NCBI GenBank assembly: GCA_947625395.1
Contig: CANQOD010000001.1
Coordinates: 1-39,009, forward strand
Length of the DNA: 39,009 nucleotides
Reading direction: 5' to 3'
Source of the DNA: an uncultured Bacilli bacterium
GTDB taxonomy: Bacteria > Bacillota_I > Bacilli_A > RF39 > UBA660
Positions 16,703 through 24,826 of the stretch are shown here, one piece after another. Numbering within the stretch: position 1 is the stretch's first letter; each line of letters opens with the position of its first letter. The position numbers and the translations under genes are program-made. Under the pieces are notes generated by a model, which was not told where the DNA came from, did not search any database, and saw only the letters and a program-made list of their open reading frames with translations.

Positions 16703-18160
16703 ATGAGAAAAAGGAAAGTCTTCTTTAAGAAACGATATTTACGCTATTGGATGCTATTTGTTATTGGGATGTTGTTGCTGCTTTGTCGTTCTCTTTACAG
16801 TTTAAAATATCCCTCTTTATATGCGGAAGATGGCACGTGGATTTCTCTTCTTTTAAAAGATGGCTTTCTTCATACCGCACTGCATGTACGATATGATTAT
16901 TTTGAATTTGTCATTGTTCTATTCCAACAACTTGCCTTGACATGTGCCCAGCTTTTTTGTAAAGGAGATTTAAGAACCATTCCTATTTTTATCACTGTTA
17001 TCTCTTGCGTCTATTATACTTTTGTGGCGATGTTACCAGCAATGACCATGGGCAATCGTTTGAATTGGCTTGCGAAAACTTTCTTGTTTTTTGCGATTTT
17101 ATGCTTACCACTTGGTCAGTCTTATACGGAAATACTTGGAAGAACTTTACAGTGTCATATGCTCGTTTGGGTGATTGTTTTTTGCTTCCTCGTCTATCGT
17201 TATGACCATAAAAACGACCCGACAAAAAAATGGAAAATCTTTTTGATTGACTTTCTCTTGATTTTTTTGATTCCCTCTTTTCCAGCTGCTATCATCGGAT
17301 ATGGAATTTATGGCATCATCGAACTCAAAGACATTCTTCAAGCCTATTTCATAGGTCCTCAAAAGAAGCTTTCGTTTTCTAGGATAAAAGAAATGCTAAA
17401 ACAAGAATGGAAAAAAAGTTCTATTCGTTCCTTGGTCGTGAGTGGTCTTATCATCGTTGTGATGGGATGCATTCTTTTCTTTCGAATCAAAGCAACAAAT
17501 CAAGGAATACCTCTTTCTCAGCAAGAACCTTTTCCATACCAAAAACTACCAGAAATTCTCTTACGTGTTTTCTGTTATCCACTTGTCTTTGGAATTTATC
17601 ATTCCATGAATCATTTGAAAGCTTTATTTATCGTGGGTCTGACAGTTGCTTTGTTTGTTTTCTTTTTCTTTCAACTTGCGAAAGAACATCGAAAATTTTA
17701 TCTTCTTACACTTCTTTCTTGGCTGCTTTCCGGCTTTGTTATCATCGTGACTAGAACCTCCATTTTTGGCTTTTTGAATCATTATCAGGTGAGTTATCCC
17801 GACCGGTATTATATGATTAGCAACGTCTGTCTCTTCTTTCCGATTGCCGTTCTTTTAAGTGAGAAAAAAGCGCTCTTTCAAATGGTTCGTGCCATTGTTA
17901 TTTTCTATTTTTGTTATTCCATTTTCGTTTATGGAGGTCGAATTTTCACCTTTTATAAAAATGAAAATGACATAGGTGGCATTCATGATGGAACTTGGCG
18001 GGAGGCCTTACAGAAGAGTTATGATGAAAATAAGAAGACCAAAGATGGCAAGTACTATCTTGTTGAGTTAGAACCTATCACCTGGTGGTGTGAAATTCCC
18101 GTTCAAAATGTAGAACGGTCCGTTGATAAAAAAAGGCATACAAGAAGCCTTTTGAAATAG
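16703..18160 (+). CDS. Polytopic membrane protein, unknown function (possible glycan-modifying GT-C-like or acyltransferase-like enzyme)
   Basis: 485 aa with roughly 11-12 hydrophobic helices. The first extracytoplasmic segment carries an acidic motif (PSLYAEDGTWISLL). The C-terminal ~70 aa are hydrophilic. Confidence 0.7.
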   Translation: MRKRKVFFKKRYLRYWMLFVIGMLLLLCRSLYSLKYPSLYAEDGTWISLLLKDGFLHTALHVRYDYFEFVIVLFQQLALTCAQLFCKGDLRTIPIFITVISCVYYTFVAMLPAMTMGNRLNWLAKTFLFFAILCLPLGQSYTEILGRTLQCHMLVWVIVFCFLVYRYDHKNDPTKKWKIFLIDFLLIFLIPSFPAAIIGYGIYGIIELKDILQAYFIGPQKKLSFSRIKEMLKQEWKKSSIRSLVVSGLIIVVMGCILFFRIKATNQGIPLSQQEPFPYQKLPEILLRVFCYPLVFGIYHSMNHLKALFIVGLTVALFVFFFFQLAKEHRKFYLLTLLSWLLSGFVIIVTRTSIFGFLNHYQVSYPDRYYMISNVCLFFPIAVLLSEKKALFQMVRAIVIFYFCYSIFVYGGRIFTFYKNENDIGGIHDGTWREALQKSYDENKKTKDGKYYLVELEPITWWCEIPVQNVERSVDKKRHTRSLLK

Positions 18161-18225
18161 GAAAGGGAAGTAGAAAAGAAACTTTATTTTTCATTACTTC
18201 CTTGAGGAAAAATACAAAAATTTAT

Positions 18226-18254
18226 TTGTCATTCTCTCTATTTATTGGTATACT
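18226..18254 (+). promoter_or_regulatory. Sigma-A type promoter for the gtrA-like operon
   Basis: -35 TTGTCA (18226-18231), 17-nt spacer, extended -10 TGgTATACT (18246-18254). A second TATAAT lies immediately downstream at 18255-18260. Confidence 0.55.
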
Positions 18255-18281
18255 TATAATAATTGAGAAGAAGGTTGTAAT

Positions 18282-18707
18282 ATGTCAGAAAAAATCATAA
18301 AACTTATCAAACAAGCTTTCCATTTTTTTGCTATTTCCGGTGTAGGATGGATTGTCGATATGTGTATCTATACGATTTTATCAAAATGGATACCGGTCAC
18401 AATAGCCAATATCATTAGTTCAACGACAGCAGTTACCTATGTGTACACTGTTTCAACGAAAAAGATATTTGAAAATAAAAGCAATATCAATATTCGAACC
18501 AAATACATTTTCTATATCATTTATCAGATGGCTTTGATTCTATTATCGAGTGTGGTCATTAGTGGTCTTTCTCATCTTTTACTCGTACATTTTCGAAAAG
18601 TTAAATTCATCACTAAATATGCGAAGATATGTGCTAAAATATTGATAACACCATTTACAATGGTGATGAATTTTCTTTTCATGAAGATATTAATTGAAAA
18701 AATTTAA
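18282..18707 (+). CDS. GtrA-family small membrane protein (putative polyprenyl-phosphate-sugar flippase)
   Basis: 141 aa with four TM helices. The N-terminus FHFFAISGVGWIVDMCIYTIL is typical of GtrA-like proteins, and the gene sits next to a GT2 gene. Confidence 0.75.
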   Translation: MSEKIIKLIKQAFHFFAISGVGWIVDMCIYTILSKWIPVTIANIISSTTAVTYVYTVSTKKIFENKSNINIRTKYIFYIIYQMALILLSSVVISGLSHLLLVHFRKVKFITKYAKICAKILITPFTMVMNFLFMKILIEKI

Positions 18708-18719
18708 GGAGTGTGACAT

Positions 18720-19514
18720 ATGGAGAAAATAATGGTATTTATACCCATGTATAATTGTGAAAAGCAAGTGACAAGAGTGCTAGAACAATTCGATAAGCAA
18801 GTTTGTAAGTATATCCAAGAAATTGTTGTCATCAACAATCGCAGTACTGATAACGGAGAAGAGAAAGTGCGTGCAGTCATCAAGGAGGGAAAAATACCTA
18901 CTCAGATAACTTTGCTAAGAAACGAAGAAAATTATGGGCTTGGTGGTTCTCATAAAGTTGCTTTTAATTATGCCCTTGAAAATGATTATGATTATGTGAT
19001 TGTTTTACATGGGGATGATCAGGGAAGTATTCGAGATGTTTTACCATACATCAAAAGCAAAGAATATCAAAAATATGATTGCATGTTAGGGGCTCGTTTT
19101 ATGAAAGGGTCAAAAATTGATGGATATTCTAAATTAAGAATTTTTGGAAACAAAGTATTCAATACTTTATTTTCCCTTGTTCTTCATGAAAAAGTGTATG
19201 ATTTAGGTTCTGGACTTAATATGTATAAAATGGAATCATTAAAGTCAAAGTACTATCTTCAATTGCCTGATACGCTTTATTTTAATGATGTTATGATTCT
19301 AATGCAAAAATATCGCAACATGAATGTAAAGTTTTTTCCAATCAGTTGGAGAGAAAAAGATCAAGTATCGAATAATAAATTAATGTCGTTTTCAATGAGT
19401 TTATTACAAATGTTGCGAAAGTATATTTTTTCTAAGAAAAAGTATCTCAATAGTGATATGAGAACAAAAATCATTGATGAATACAAGGCTGAAATAATTG
19501 AAAGGAGTAAATAA
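18720..19514 (+). CDS. Family 2 glycosyltransferase (DPM1/polyprenyl-phosphate GT-like catalytic domain, no C-terminal TM helices)
   Basis: 264 aa. SD AAGGAG lies 6 nt before the ATG. Motifs are MVFIPMYNCEKQV, VVINNRSTDNGEEK and VLHGDDQGS. Confidence 0.75.
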   Translation: MEKIMVFIPMYNCEKQVTRVLEQFDKQVCKYIQEIVVINNRSTDNGEEKVRAVIKEGKIPTQITLLRNEENYGLGGSHKVAFNYALENDYDYVIVLHGDDQGSIRDVLPYIKSKEYQKYDCMLGARFMKGSKIDGYSKLRIFGNKVFNTLFSLVLHEKVYDLGSGLNMYKMESLKSKYYLQLPDTLYFNDVMILMQKYRNMNVKFFPISWREKDQVSNNKLMSFSMSLLQMLRKYIFSKKKYLNSDMRTKIIDEYKAEIIERSK

Positions 19515-19515
19515 A

Positions 19516-20538
19516 ATGAAAATATTAATTACAGGAGCTGCAGGATTTATTGGGTCCCAATTGGCTCATAAACTTTATCAAGAGGGACATGAACTGATTT
19601 TGATTGATAATTTTTCTTATGGAAAGTGGGATAATTTAGAATTTGAAGATCACAGTTTTAAAGACGAAATTATCAAGATGGATATTCGTGATAAAGAGGG
19701 AATAGCAACCTTATTAAAAGCAGGAGATGTAGATTATATTTACAATATTGCTGGAATTGCTCCTCTTCCGGATTGTCAGACAGATCCAGTTGAAGCAATT
19801 TCAGTCAATACAGTTGGATTGGTGAACTTACTTGAAAATGCTAGAAAATATGGCGTTAAAAAGGTGATTCAAGCCTCTACCAATGCAATGTATGAAAATG
19901 AAACAGAATTTCCAACGAAAGAAGACCATTTTAAAGTACCTACTCTCATCTATCCAAATACAAAGTACTGTGCTGAAAGATTTGCCGAATCATTTGCAAA
20001 AACATATGGAATGAATATTACTTGTTTACGTTTTGCTAATGTTTATGGACCTCATATTGATTGCTTGCGTAAACAACCTCCATTTGTTGCCTATATGATT
20101 AGAGAACTTTATTATAATCGAACACCCATATTTCATTCTACAGGAGAGCAAAGAAGAGACTATATCTATGTAGATGATTTAATTGATTTGGCCATTAAAG
20201 TTCAACAAGGTGAAGGATTTGACTGTGTCAATGTTTCTTCGAATACAAATTATTCCGTTAATGAAATGTATCAAATTGCTGAGAAGATTATGCACAAAGA
20301 CATTCCAGCAAAGTATGCTGATAATACACATTATTGGGAAAAATATCCAGCTCTTTATGAGGGAAAATATGCAATTAAAGAGGAAATATTAGAACATGAA
20401 GTTAATAAATATTCTCTTTGTGATAATACATATGCCAAAGAAAAATATGGATGGGAACCCCAAATTTCGATGGAAGAAGGTCTTCGTAGAGTGATTGATG
20501 CAGAATGTGAAATGTTAACTAAAATAGGTGAAAAATAA
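19516..20538 (+). CDS. NAD(P)-dependent sugar epimerase/dehydratase (extended SDR)
   Basis: SD AAAGGAG (19501-19507) precedes the ATG at 19516. Rossmann motif ILITGAAGFIGS and catalytic YPNTKYCAE (YxxxK) are present. Confidence 0.85.
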   Translation: MKILITGAAGFIGSQLAHKLYQEGHELILIDNFSYGKWDNLEFEDHSFKDEIIKMDIRDKEGIATLLKAGDVDYIYNIAGIAPLPDCQTDPVEAISVNTVGLVNLLENARKYGVKKVIQASTNAMYENETEFPTKEDHFKVPTLIYPNTKYCAERFAESFAKTYGMNITCLRFANVYGPHIDCLRKQPPFVAYMIRELYYNRTPIFHSTGEQRRDYIYVDDLIDLAIKVQQGEGFDCVNVSSNTNYSVNEMYQIAEKIMHKDIPAKYADNTHYWEKYPALYEGKYAIKEEILEHEVNKYSLCDNTYAKEKYGWEPQISMEEGLRRVIDAECEMLTKIGEK

Positions 20539-20539
20539 A

Positions 20540-21274
20540 ATGAATCAAGTACATTTAATTATGCCAATGGGTGGCGTAGGTTCTCGCTTTAAAAACATGG
20601 GCTATCAGCTTCCAAAACCTTTGATTGAAATTCATGGAAAACCCTTTTTCTATTGGGCAACGCAATCCATTACCAAGTTTTTAGAAGTCGATATCACGTT
20701 TGTTGTATTACAAGAACATGTTTTGAAGTTTCAAATTGACCAAGAAATTAAAAAGTATTATCCAAATGCAAAGATTGTCATTATCAAAGAAGTATTAAAC
20801 GGAGCTGTTTTAACTTGTTTAGAGGGAATCAAAGAGATACATGACCAAAATCCAATTATCTTTAATGACTGTGACCATATGTTTATGGCAAAGGATTTTT
20901 ACGAGGCCGTGAAACAACAAACAGAATTAGATGGATTACTGTTGTCTTTTCCATCGCAAGAAAACAAATTCAGCTATTTAGAAGTGAATCAAGACAATCT
21001 TGTTGTCCGGACCGTTGAAAAAGAAGTGATTAGTCATCATGCTATTTGTGGCGTGTACTATTTTAAAAATAAAGATATTTTTGAAAAGGTAGTACAAACT
21101 TATTTAAAACAATGCAATTATCAAGAATATTTTATTAGTGGCGTTTATAATACTTTGATATCTTCCGGTGGCAGAGTAGGCTATTATGATGTTGATATGC
21201 ATGTTTCTTTTGGAACTCCGGAAGAATATGAAGAAGCTGTCAAAAGTCGTCATTTTGAGGATTTGATAGGATGA
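20540..21274 (+). CDS. Sugar-phosphate (or phospho-alcohol) nucleotidyltransferase
   Basis: The N-terminal motif IMPMGGVGSRFKNMGYQLPKPLIEIHGKPF is a GxGxR...K signature of the NTP_transferase fold. The ATG at 20540 directly follows the upstream TAA. Confidence 0.75.
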   Translation: MNQVHLIMPMGGVGSRFKNMGYQLPKPLIEIHGKPFFYWATQSITKFLEVDITFVVLQEHVLKFQIDQEIKKYYPNAKIVIIKEVLNGAVLTCLEGIKEIHDQNPIIFNDCDHMFMAKDFYEAVKQQTELDGLLLSFPSQENKFSYLEVNQDNLVVRTVEKEVISHHAICGVYYFKNKDIFEKVVQTYLKQCNYQEYFISGVYNTLISSGGRVGYYDVDMHVSFGTPEEYEEAVKSRHFEDLIG

Positions 21275-23187
21275 AATTTGTTCTTTTTATTATCTCCATT
21301 ATCACACTTATATTAGGACATTATTTTAAAGTCTATCGGCAACAACAGCTTATTGATATTTATGAAAAGTCAGATGAAAAAGTATTATTGCGTGCGCTTG
21401 CTTCTGCTTATTTTATTAATTCGATTGTTCCTTTTAAGGTCGGGGATTTATTTCGAGCATGGTATTCCGGAAAAAGAATGAAAAATGGCATTTCCTTTTC
21501 ACTTTCAACTGTGATTATCGATAGAATATTGGATATTATTTTTGTCGGATTCTTGTTTTGTTTCATCGGCATCATTGGTATTGAACGCGAAATGATAGGG
21601 GAGAGTATTCTCTTTTACGGTGTATTAAGCGTTTTATGTCTTTTATCGATTGTCTTTTTCTTCCGTCATAACAAGACCCTTAAAATCATTGTCAAAAAAT
21701 TTGCAGGTATTTTTAATGCGACCATTGAATATGCGATTTTAAAAGGATTTTGGTGTATTATTTCTTCATTTAAAGATATTTTTGAAAATGTCAGTAAGCG
21801 AAAACTCTTGTTGAACACCATTTGCATTTGGACGTTTTATTTACTGTCTTACTTTACGTTTGCCTTATCCATGAAACAATTTGGCTATTCTGTCAGTGTA
21901 GTCCATTTAATGCTGGGCTTCTTTTCTAAAAATACACTCGATGCCCCAACTTTTCATTTAACGCAAACGTTGACAGGGACTTTTTCATTCTATTTTCTCT
22001 TGTATCAGTGCATTCCACTAATTTCTTTATTTGTTATCTCTTTTCTTCCATATCGTATTTATCGAAGAAAACAGCCTTATGTTGATAATAAACATCTCGA
22101 ATTATTGCCTCATGTCAATCGCCAAGATAAACTGCTTTTTTTGGAAGCCTACTTTAGCGCTGAAAGCCGTAAATACTTTCAAAATTATTTAAAAATCAAC
22201 AGAGATATTTGTATTTTACAAGACTATTCAGCAGGAAGTAATGCCACAACCATGTTATGTACAGACAATACAAACACGTTTTTTCGAAAGTATTCCTTTG
22301 GCAAAGACAGTGAAAAGTTATATCAACAAATAGAATGGATTGAAGCCAATCAGAGTCATCTTTCTTTACCACAAGTTTTGAACGTCAAACATGGAGATGG
22401 TTATTGTAGTTACGATATGCCTTATATGAGTAGTTCCATTGTCTTCTTTAATTATATTCATTCACAACCATTACAAAAAAGTTGGCATATGTTAAAACAA
22501 GTTTTAGAAGATTTAGAAAAGCATTTATATCAAGTGACACAGTATGAGAAGCAAGGACAATCTCTCGAAGAATATCTTGATACCAAAGTGATAAAAAACA
22601 TTGAAAAAATTGAAAGTGGTTCTTATATCAAACCATTACTTAAATATGATTACTTATATATTAATGGCAAAAAATACAAGAATCTAAAGCTTTTAAAAAA
22701 GTATCTTCAAAAAGATTGCTTAATGAATATCTTCAAAACAGATACTTATAGTACAATTCATGGAGATTTAACGATTGAAAACATTATCTGTAATCTAGAA
22801 AAAAATGACTATTATATCATTGACCCCAATACAGGAAATCTACATGAAAGTGCGAATTTAGACTATGCCAAATTATTACAGTCCTTACATGGAAATTATG
22901 AGTTTTTCATGAATACCAAAAGTGTAGATGTCTATCAAAATCATATCAATTATTTGTTTACATCTTCCCATAATTATAAAGAAATGTATGAAAACTATCG
23001 TCAATACTTAGAAAATACGTTTTCTTATGAAAAGGTAAGAAGTATTTACTTCCATGAAATTGTGCATTGGTTACGATTGATGCCTTATAAAATAGAAAAG
23101 AACAAAGAAAGGTCCGTTCTTTTCTATGCAGGAATGTTGATTGTCATGAATGAAATTATAGAAAAATATGGGGAGGGGATTTTATGA
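21271..23187 (+). CDS. Fusion protein: N-terminal flippase-like / LPG-synthase-TM-type membrane domain plus C-terminal choline/aminoglycoside-kinase-like phosphotransferase domain
   Basis: 638 aa. Residues ~1-270 form about 8 TM helices containing PFKVGDLFRAWY. The C-terminal domain has a Brenner-type motif IHGDLTIENII (H497, D499, N504) followed by YYIIDPN (D518). The start shows ATGA coupling with the upstream gene. Confidence 0.7.
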   Translation: MKFVLFIISIITLILGHYFKVYRQQQLIDIYEKSDEKVLLRALASAYFINSIVPFKVGDLFRAWYSGKRMKNGISFSLSTVIIDRILDIIFVGFLFCFIGIIGIEREMIGESILFYGVLSVLCLLSIVFFFRHNKTLKIIVKKFAGIFNATIEYAILKGFWCIISSFKDIFENVSKRKLLLNTICIWTFYLLSYFTFALSMKQFGYSVSVVHLMLGFFSKNTLDAPTFHLTQTLTGTFSFYFLLYQCIPLISLFVISFLPYRIYRRKQPYVDNKHLELLPHVNRQDKLLFLEAYFSAESRKYFQNYLKINRDICILQDYSAGSNATTMLCTDNTNTFFRKYSFGKDSEKLYQQIEWIEANQSHLSLPQVLNVKHGDGYCSYDMPYMSSSIVFFNYIHSQPLQKSWHMLKQVLEDLEKHLYQVTQYEKQGQSLEEYLDTKVIKNIEKIESGSYIKPLLKYDYLYINGKKYKNLKLLKKYLQKDCLMNIFKTDTYSTIHGDLTIENIICNLEKNDYYIIDPNTGNLHESANLDYAKLLQSLHGNYEFFMNTKSVDVYQNHINYLFTSSHNYKEMYENYRQYLENTFSYEKVRSIYFHEIVHWLRLMPYKIEKNKERSVLFYAGMLIVMNEIIEKYGEGIL

Positions 23188-23735
23188 GTAAATTAGCTTT
23201 ATTTGATTTAGATGGAACCTTATTTAATACAGAGGATGTCAACTATCTTGCTTATAGTAAAGCCTTAAAAGAAGTTGGAAAAGAAATGGATTATCAGTAT
23301 TATTGTCAATATTGTAACGGAAGAAAATATACAGAATTTCTTCCCCAAATCCTTAGTAATGAACAAGAAATCCAACAAGTGCATCGCAAGAAAAAAGAGC
23401 TTTATGCTACATTTTTAGATGCGGCGAAAATCAATACCCATTTATTTCAATTGATTCAATCACTTCCAAAGGAATATAAAATCGTCATTGTCACAACGGC
23501 TTCCAAAAAGAATACCATGGATATCTTAGAACACTTTCAAGTCACACAACTCTTTGACGATATGATTACCCAAGAAGACATTGTGCATACCAAACCCAAT
23601 CCGGAGGGATTTTTAAAAGCGATGGAGAAATACCAGGCAAGCAAAGAAGAAACAATGATTTTCGAAGATTCTGAAGTAGGTATTCTTGCAGCCAAGAAAA
23701 CAGGAGCTACAGTGTTTAAAATAGAACAGTTCTAA
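23184..23735 (+). CDS. HAD-superfamily hydrolase, subfamily IA (beta-phosphoglucomutase/phosphatase-like)
   Basis: Motif I is LFDLDGTLFNT, motif II VIVTTAS, motif III K in HTKPNPEG, motif IV FEDSEVG. Confidence 0.85.
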   Translation: MSKLALFDLDGTLFNTEDVNYLAYSKALKEVGKEMDYQYYCQYCNGRKYTEFLPQILSNEQEIQQVHRKKKELYATFLDAAKINTHLFQLIQSLPKEYKIVIVTTASKKNTMDILEHFQVTQLFDDMITQEDIVHTKPNPEGFLKAMEKYQASKEETMIFEDSEVGILAAKKTGATVFKIEQF

Positions 23736-23758
23736 CACGAATCCTGTTCTTTTTTTTG
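23723..23758 (+). terminator. Probable Rho-independent terminator
   Basis: Stem AGAACAG (23723-23729) / CTGTTCT (23744-23750) with a 14-nt loop, followed by a T-run. It overlaps the stop codon of the HAD gene. Confidence 0.55.
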
Positions 23759-23793
23759 ATTCGACTAATTAGACTACACAAGTTTAAAAAATT

Positions 23794-23802
23794 TGGTATA
23801 AT
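23794..23802 (+). promoter_or_regulatory. Extended -10 promoter element upstream of the GtrB-like gene
   Basis: TGgTATAAT at 23794-23802, with no convincing -35. It lies 86 nt upstream of the ATG at 23889. Confidence 0.45.
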
Positions 23803-23888
23803 AAAAAAAGAAGAATCAAAAAGAAATGGTGGATGTAAGAAAAAAGATAGCCTATCGCTTACAAAAACTGTTTACGAGGAGTATAAAG

Positions 23889-24818
23889 ATGGAAAAAATA
23901 TCAATCATTGTTCCAAGTTATAATGAAGAACAAGCCCTACCTTTACTGTATAAAGAGGTCAAACAAGTGATGCAACAGATGAAAAAAGTGGATTTTGAAA
24001 TTTTATTGGTGGATGATGGAAGCAAAGATAAAACCTTGGAAGTTTGCCGGAAGTTATCTACTAAAGACCGTCATGTCAAATATCTTTCTTTTTCAAGAAA
24101 TTTTGGGAAAGAAGCAGCTATTTATGCTGGACTAGAAATGGCCACTGGTGATTATGTGACGTTAATGGATGCGGATTTACAAGACCCACCTGCTTTACTA
24201 AAAGAGATGTACCGTTTGATAAAAGAAGAGGGGTATGATTCTGTTGGAACAAGAAGAGTTTCGCGGAAAGGTGAACCACCCATTCGTAGTTTCTTTGCTC
24301 GTTGCTTTTACAAATTGATTCATAAAATCAGTCGAACAGAAATGGTTGATGGGGCAAGAGATTATCGGTTAATGACTAGACAAATGGTCGATGCAATTTT
24401 ATCATTGAAAGAATACAATCGTTATTCAAAAGGCCTCTTTAATTTTGTGGGATTTCGGACTAAATGGTTAGAATATGAGAATGTGGAACGCGTTGCTGGC
24501 GAGACAAAATGGAGTTTTTGGAAGCTTTTGATTTATGCAATGGATGGGATTATTGCTTTTTCTACGGCACCGCTTTGGATTGCTGTCTTTGTGGGGATTT
24601 TATTTTGTTTTATTTCCTTTATTGCCATTCTTGTCATCATTATTAAAACGCTCTGTTTTGGGGACCCCGTAGGAGGATGGCCCTCTCTTGTTTGTATCAT
24701 TTTTATGGTGAGTGGGATTCAACTCTTTTGTACAGGAATCATTGGAGCTTATTTATCAAAGACCTATTTAGAAACCAAGAAAAGACCCATTTATATTATT
24801 CAGGAACAAAGTCAGTAG
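23889..24818 (+). CDS. Polyprenyl-phosphate glycosyltransferase (GtrB/CsbB/ArnC-type GT2 with two C-terminal TM helices)
   Basis: SD GAGGAG precedes the ATG at 23889; the track start 23826 lacks an SD. Motifs are ISIIVPSYNEEQALP, LLVDDGSKDKT and LMDADLQDPP. C-terminal helices are LWIAVFVGILFCFISFIAILVIII and SLVCIIFMVSGIQLFCTGIIGAYL. Confidence 0.85.
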   Translation: MEKISIIVPSYNEEQALPLLYKEVKQVMQQMKKVDFEILLVDDGSKDKTLEVCRKLSTKDRHVKYLSFSRNFGKEAAIYAGLEMATGDYVTLMDADLQDPPALLKEMYRLIKEEGYDSVGTRRVSRKGEPPIRSFFARCFYKLIHKISRTEMVDGARDYRLMTRQMVDAILSLKEYNRYSKGLFNFVGFRTKWLEYENVERVAGETKWSFWKLLIYAMDGIIAFSTAPLWIAVFVGILFCFISFIAILVIIIKTLCFGDPVGGWPSLVCIIFMVSGIQLFCTGIIGAYLSKTYLETKKRPIYIIQEQSQ

Positions 24819-24826
24819 GAGGGCAT

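Noticed and set aside
952-17754. Many 60-115-aa ORFs nested in or antisense to large genes, e.g. 952-1209, 1955-2164, 6466-6708(-), 9035-9505(-), 10100-10403, 13401-13598, 15050-15394(-), 16998-17754
   Set aside because: All lie inside longer ORFs with clear protein-family motifs. Their translations are low-complexity and lack an SD, so they are treated as frame shadows.
18165-18203. GGAAGTA / TACTTCC hairpin after the 485-aa gene
   Set aside because: It has a ~22-nt loop and no downstream U-tract, so it is not a convincing intrinsic terminator.
24677-24826. 50-codon N-terminal extension of the 566-aa membrane protein in the ORF track
   Set aside because: It overlaps the C-terminal TM region of the GtrB-like gene in another frame. 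A strong SD (TAGGAGGG) sits right before the ATG at 24827, immediately after the upstream stop.
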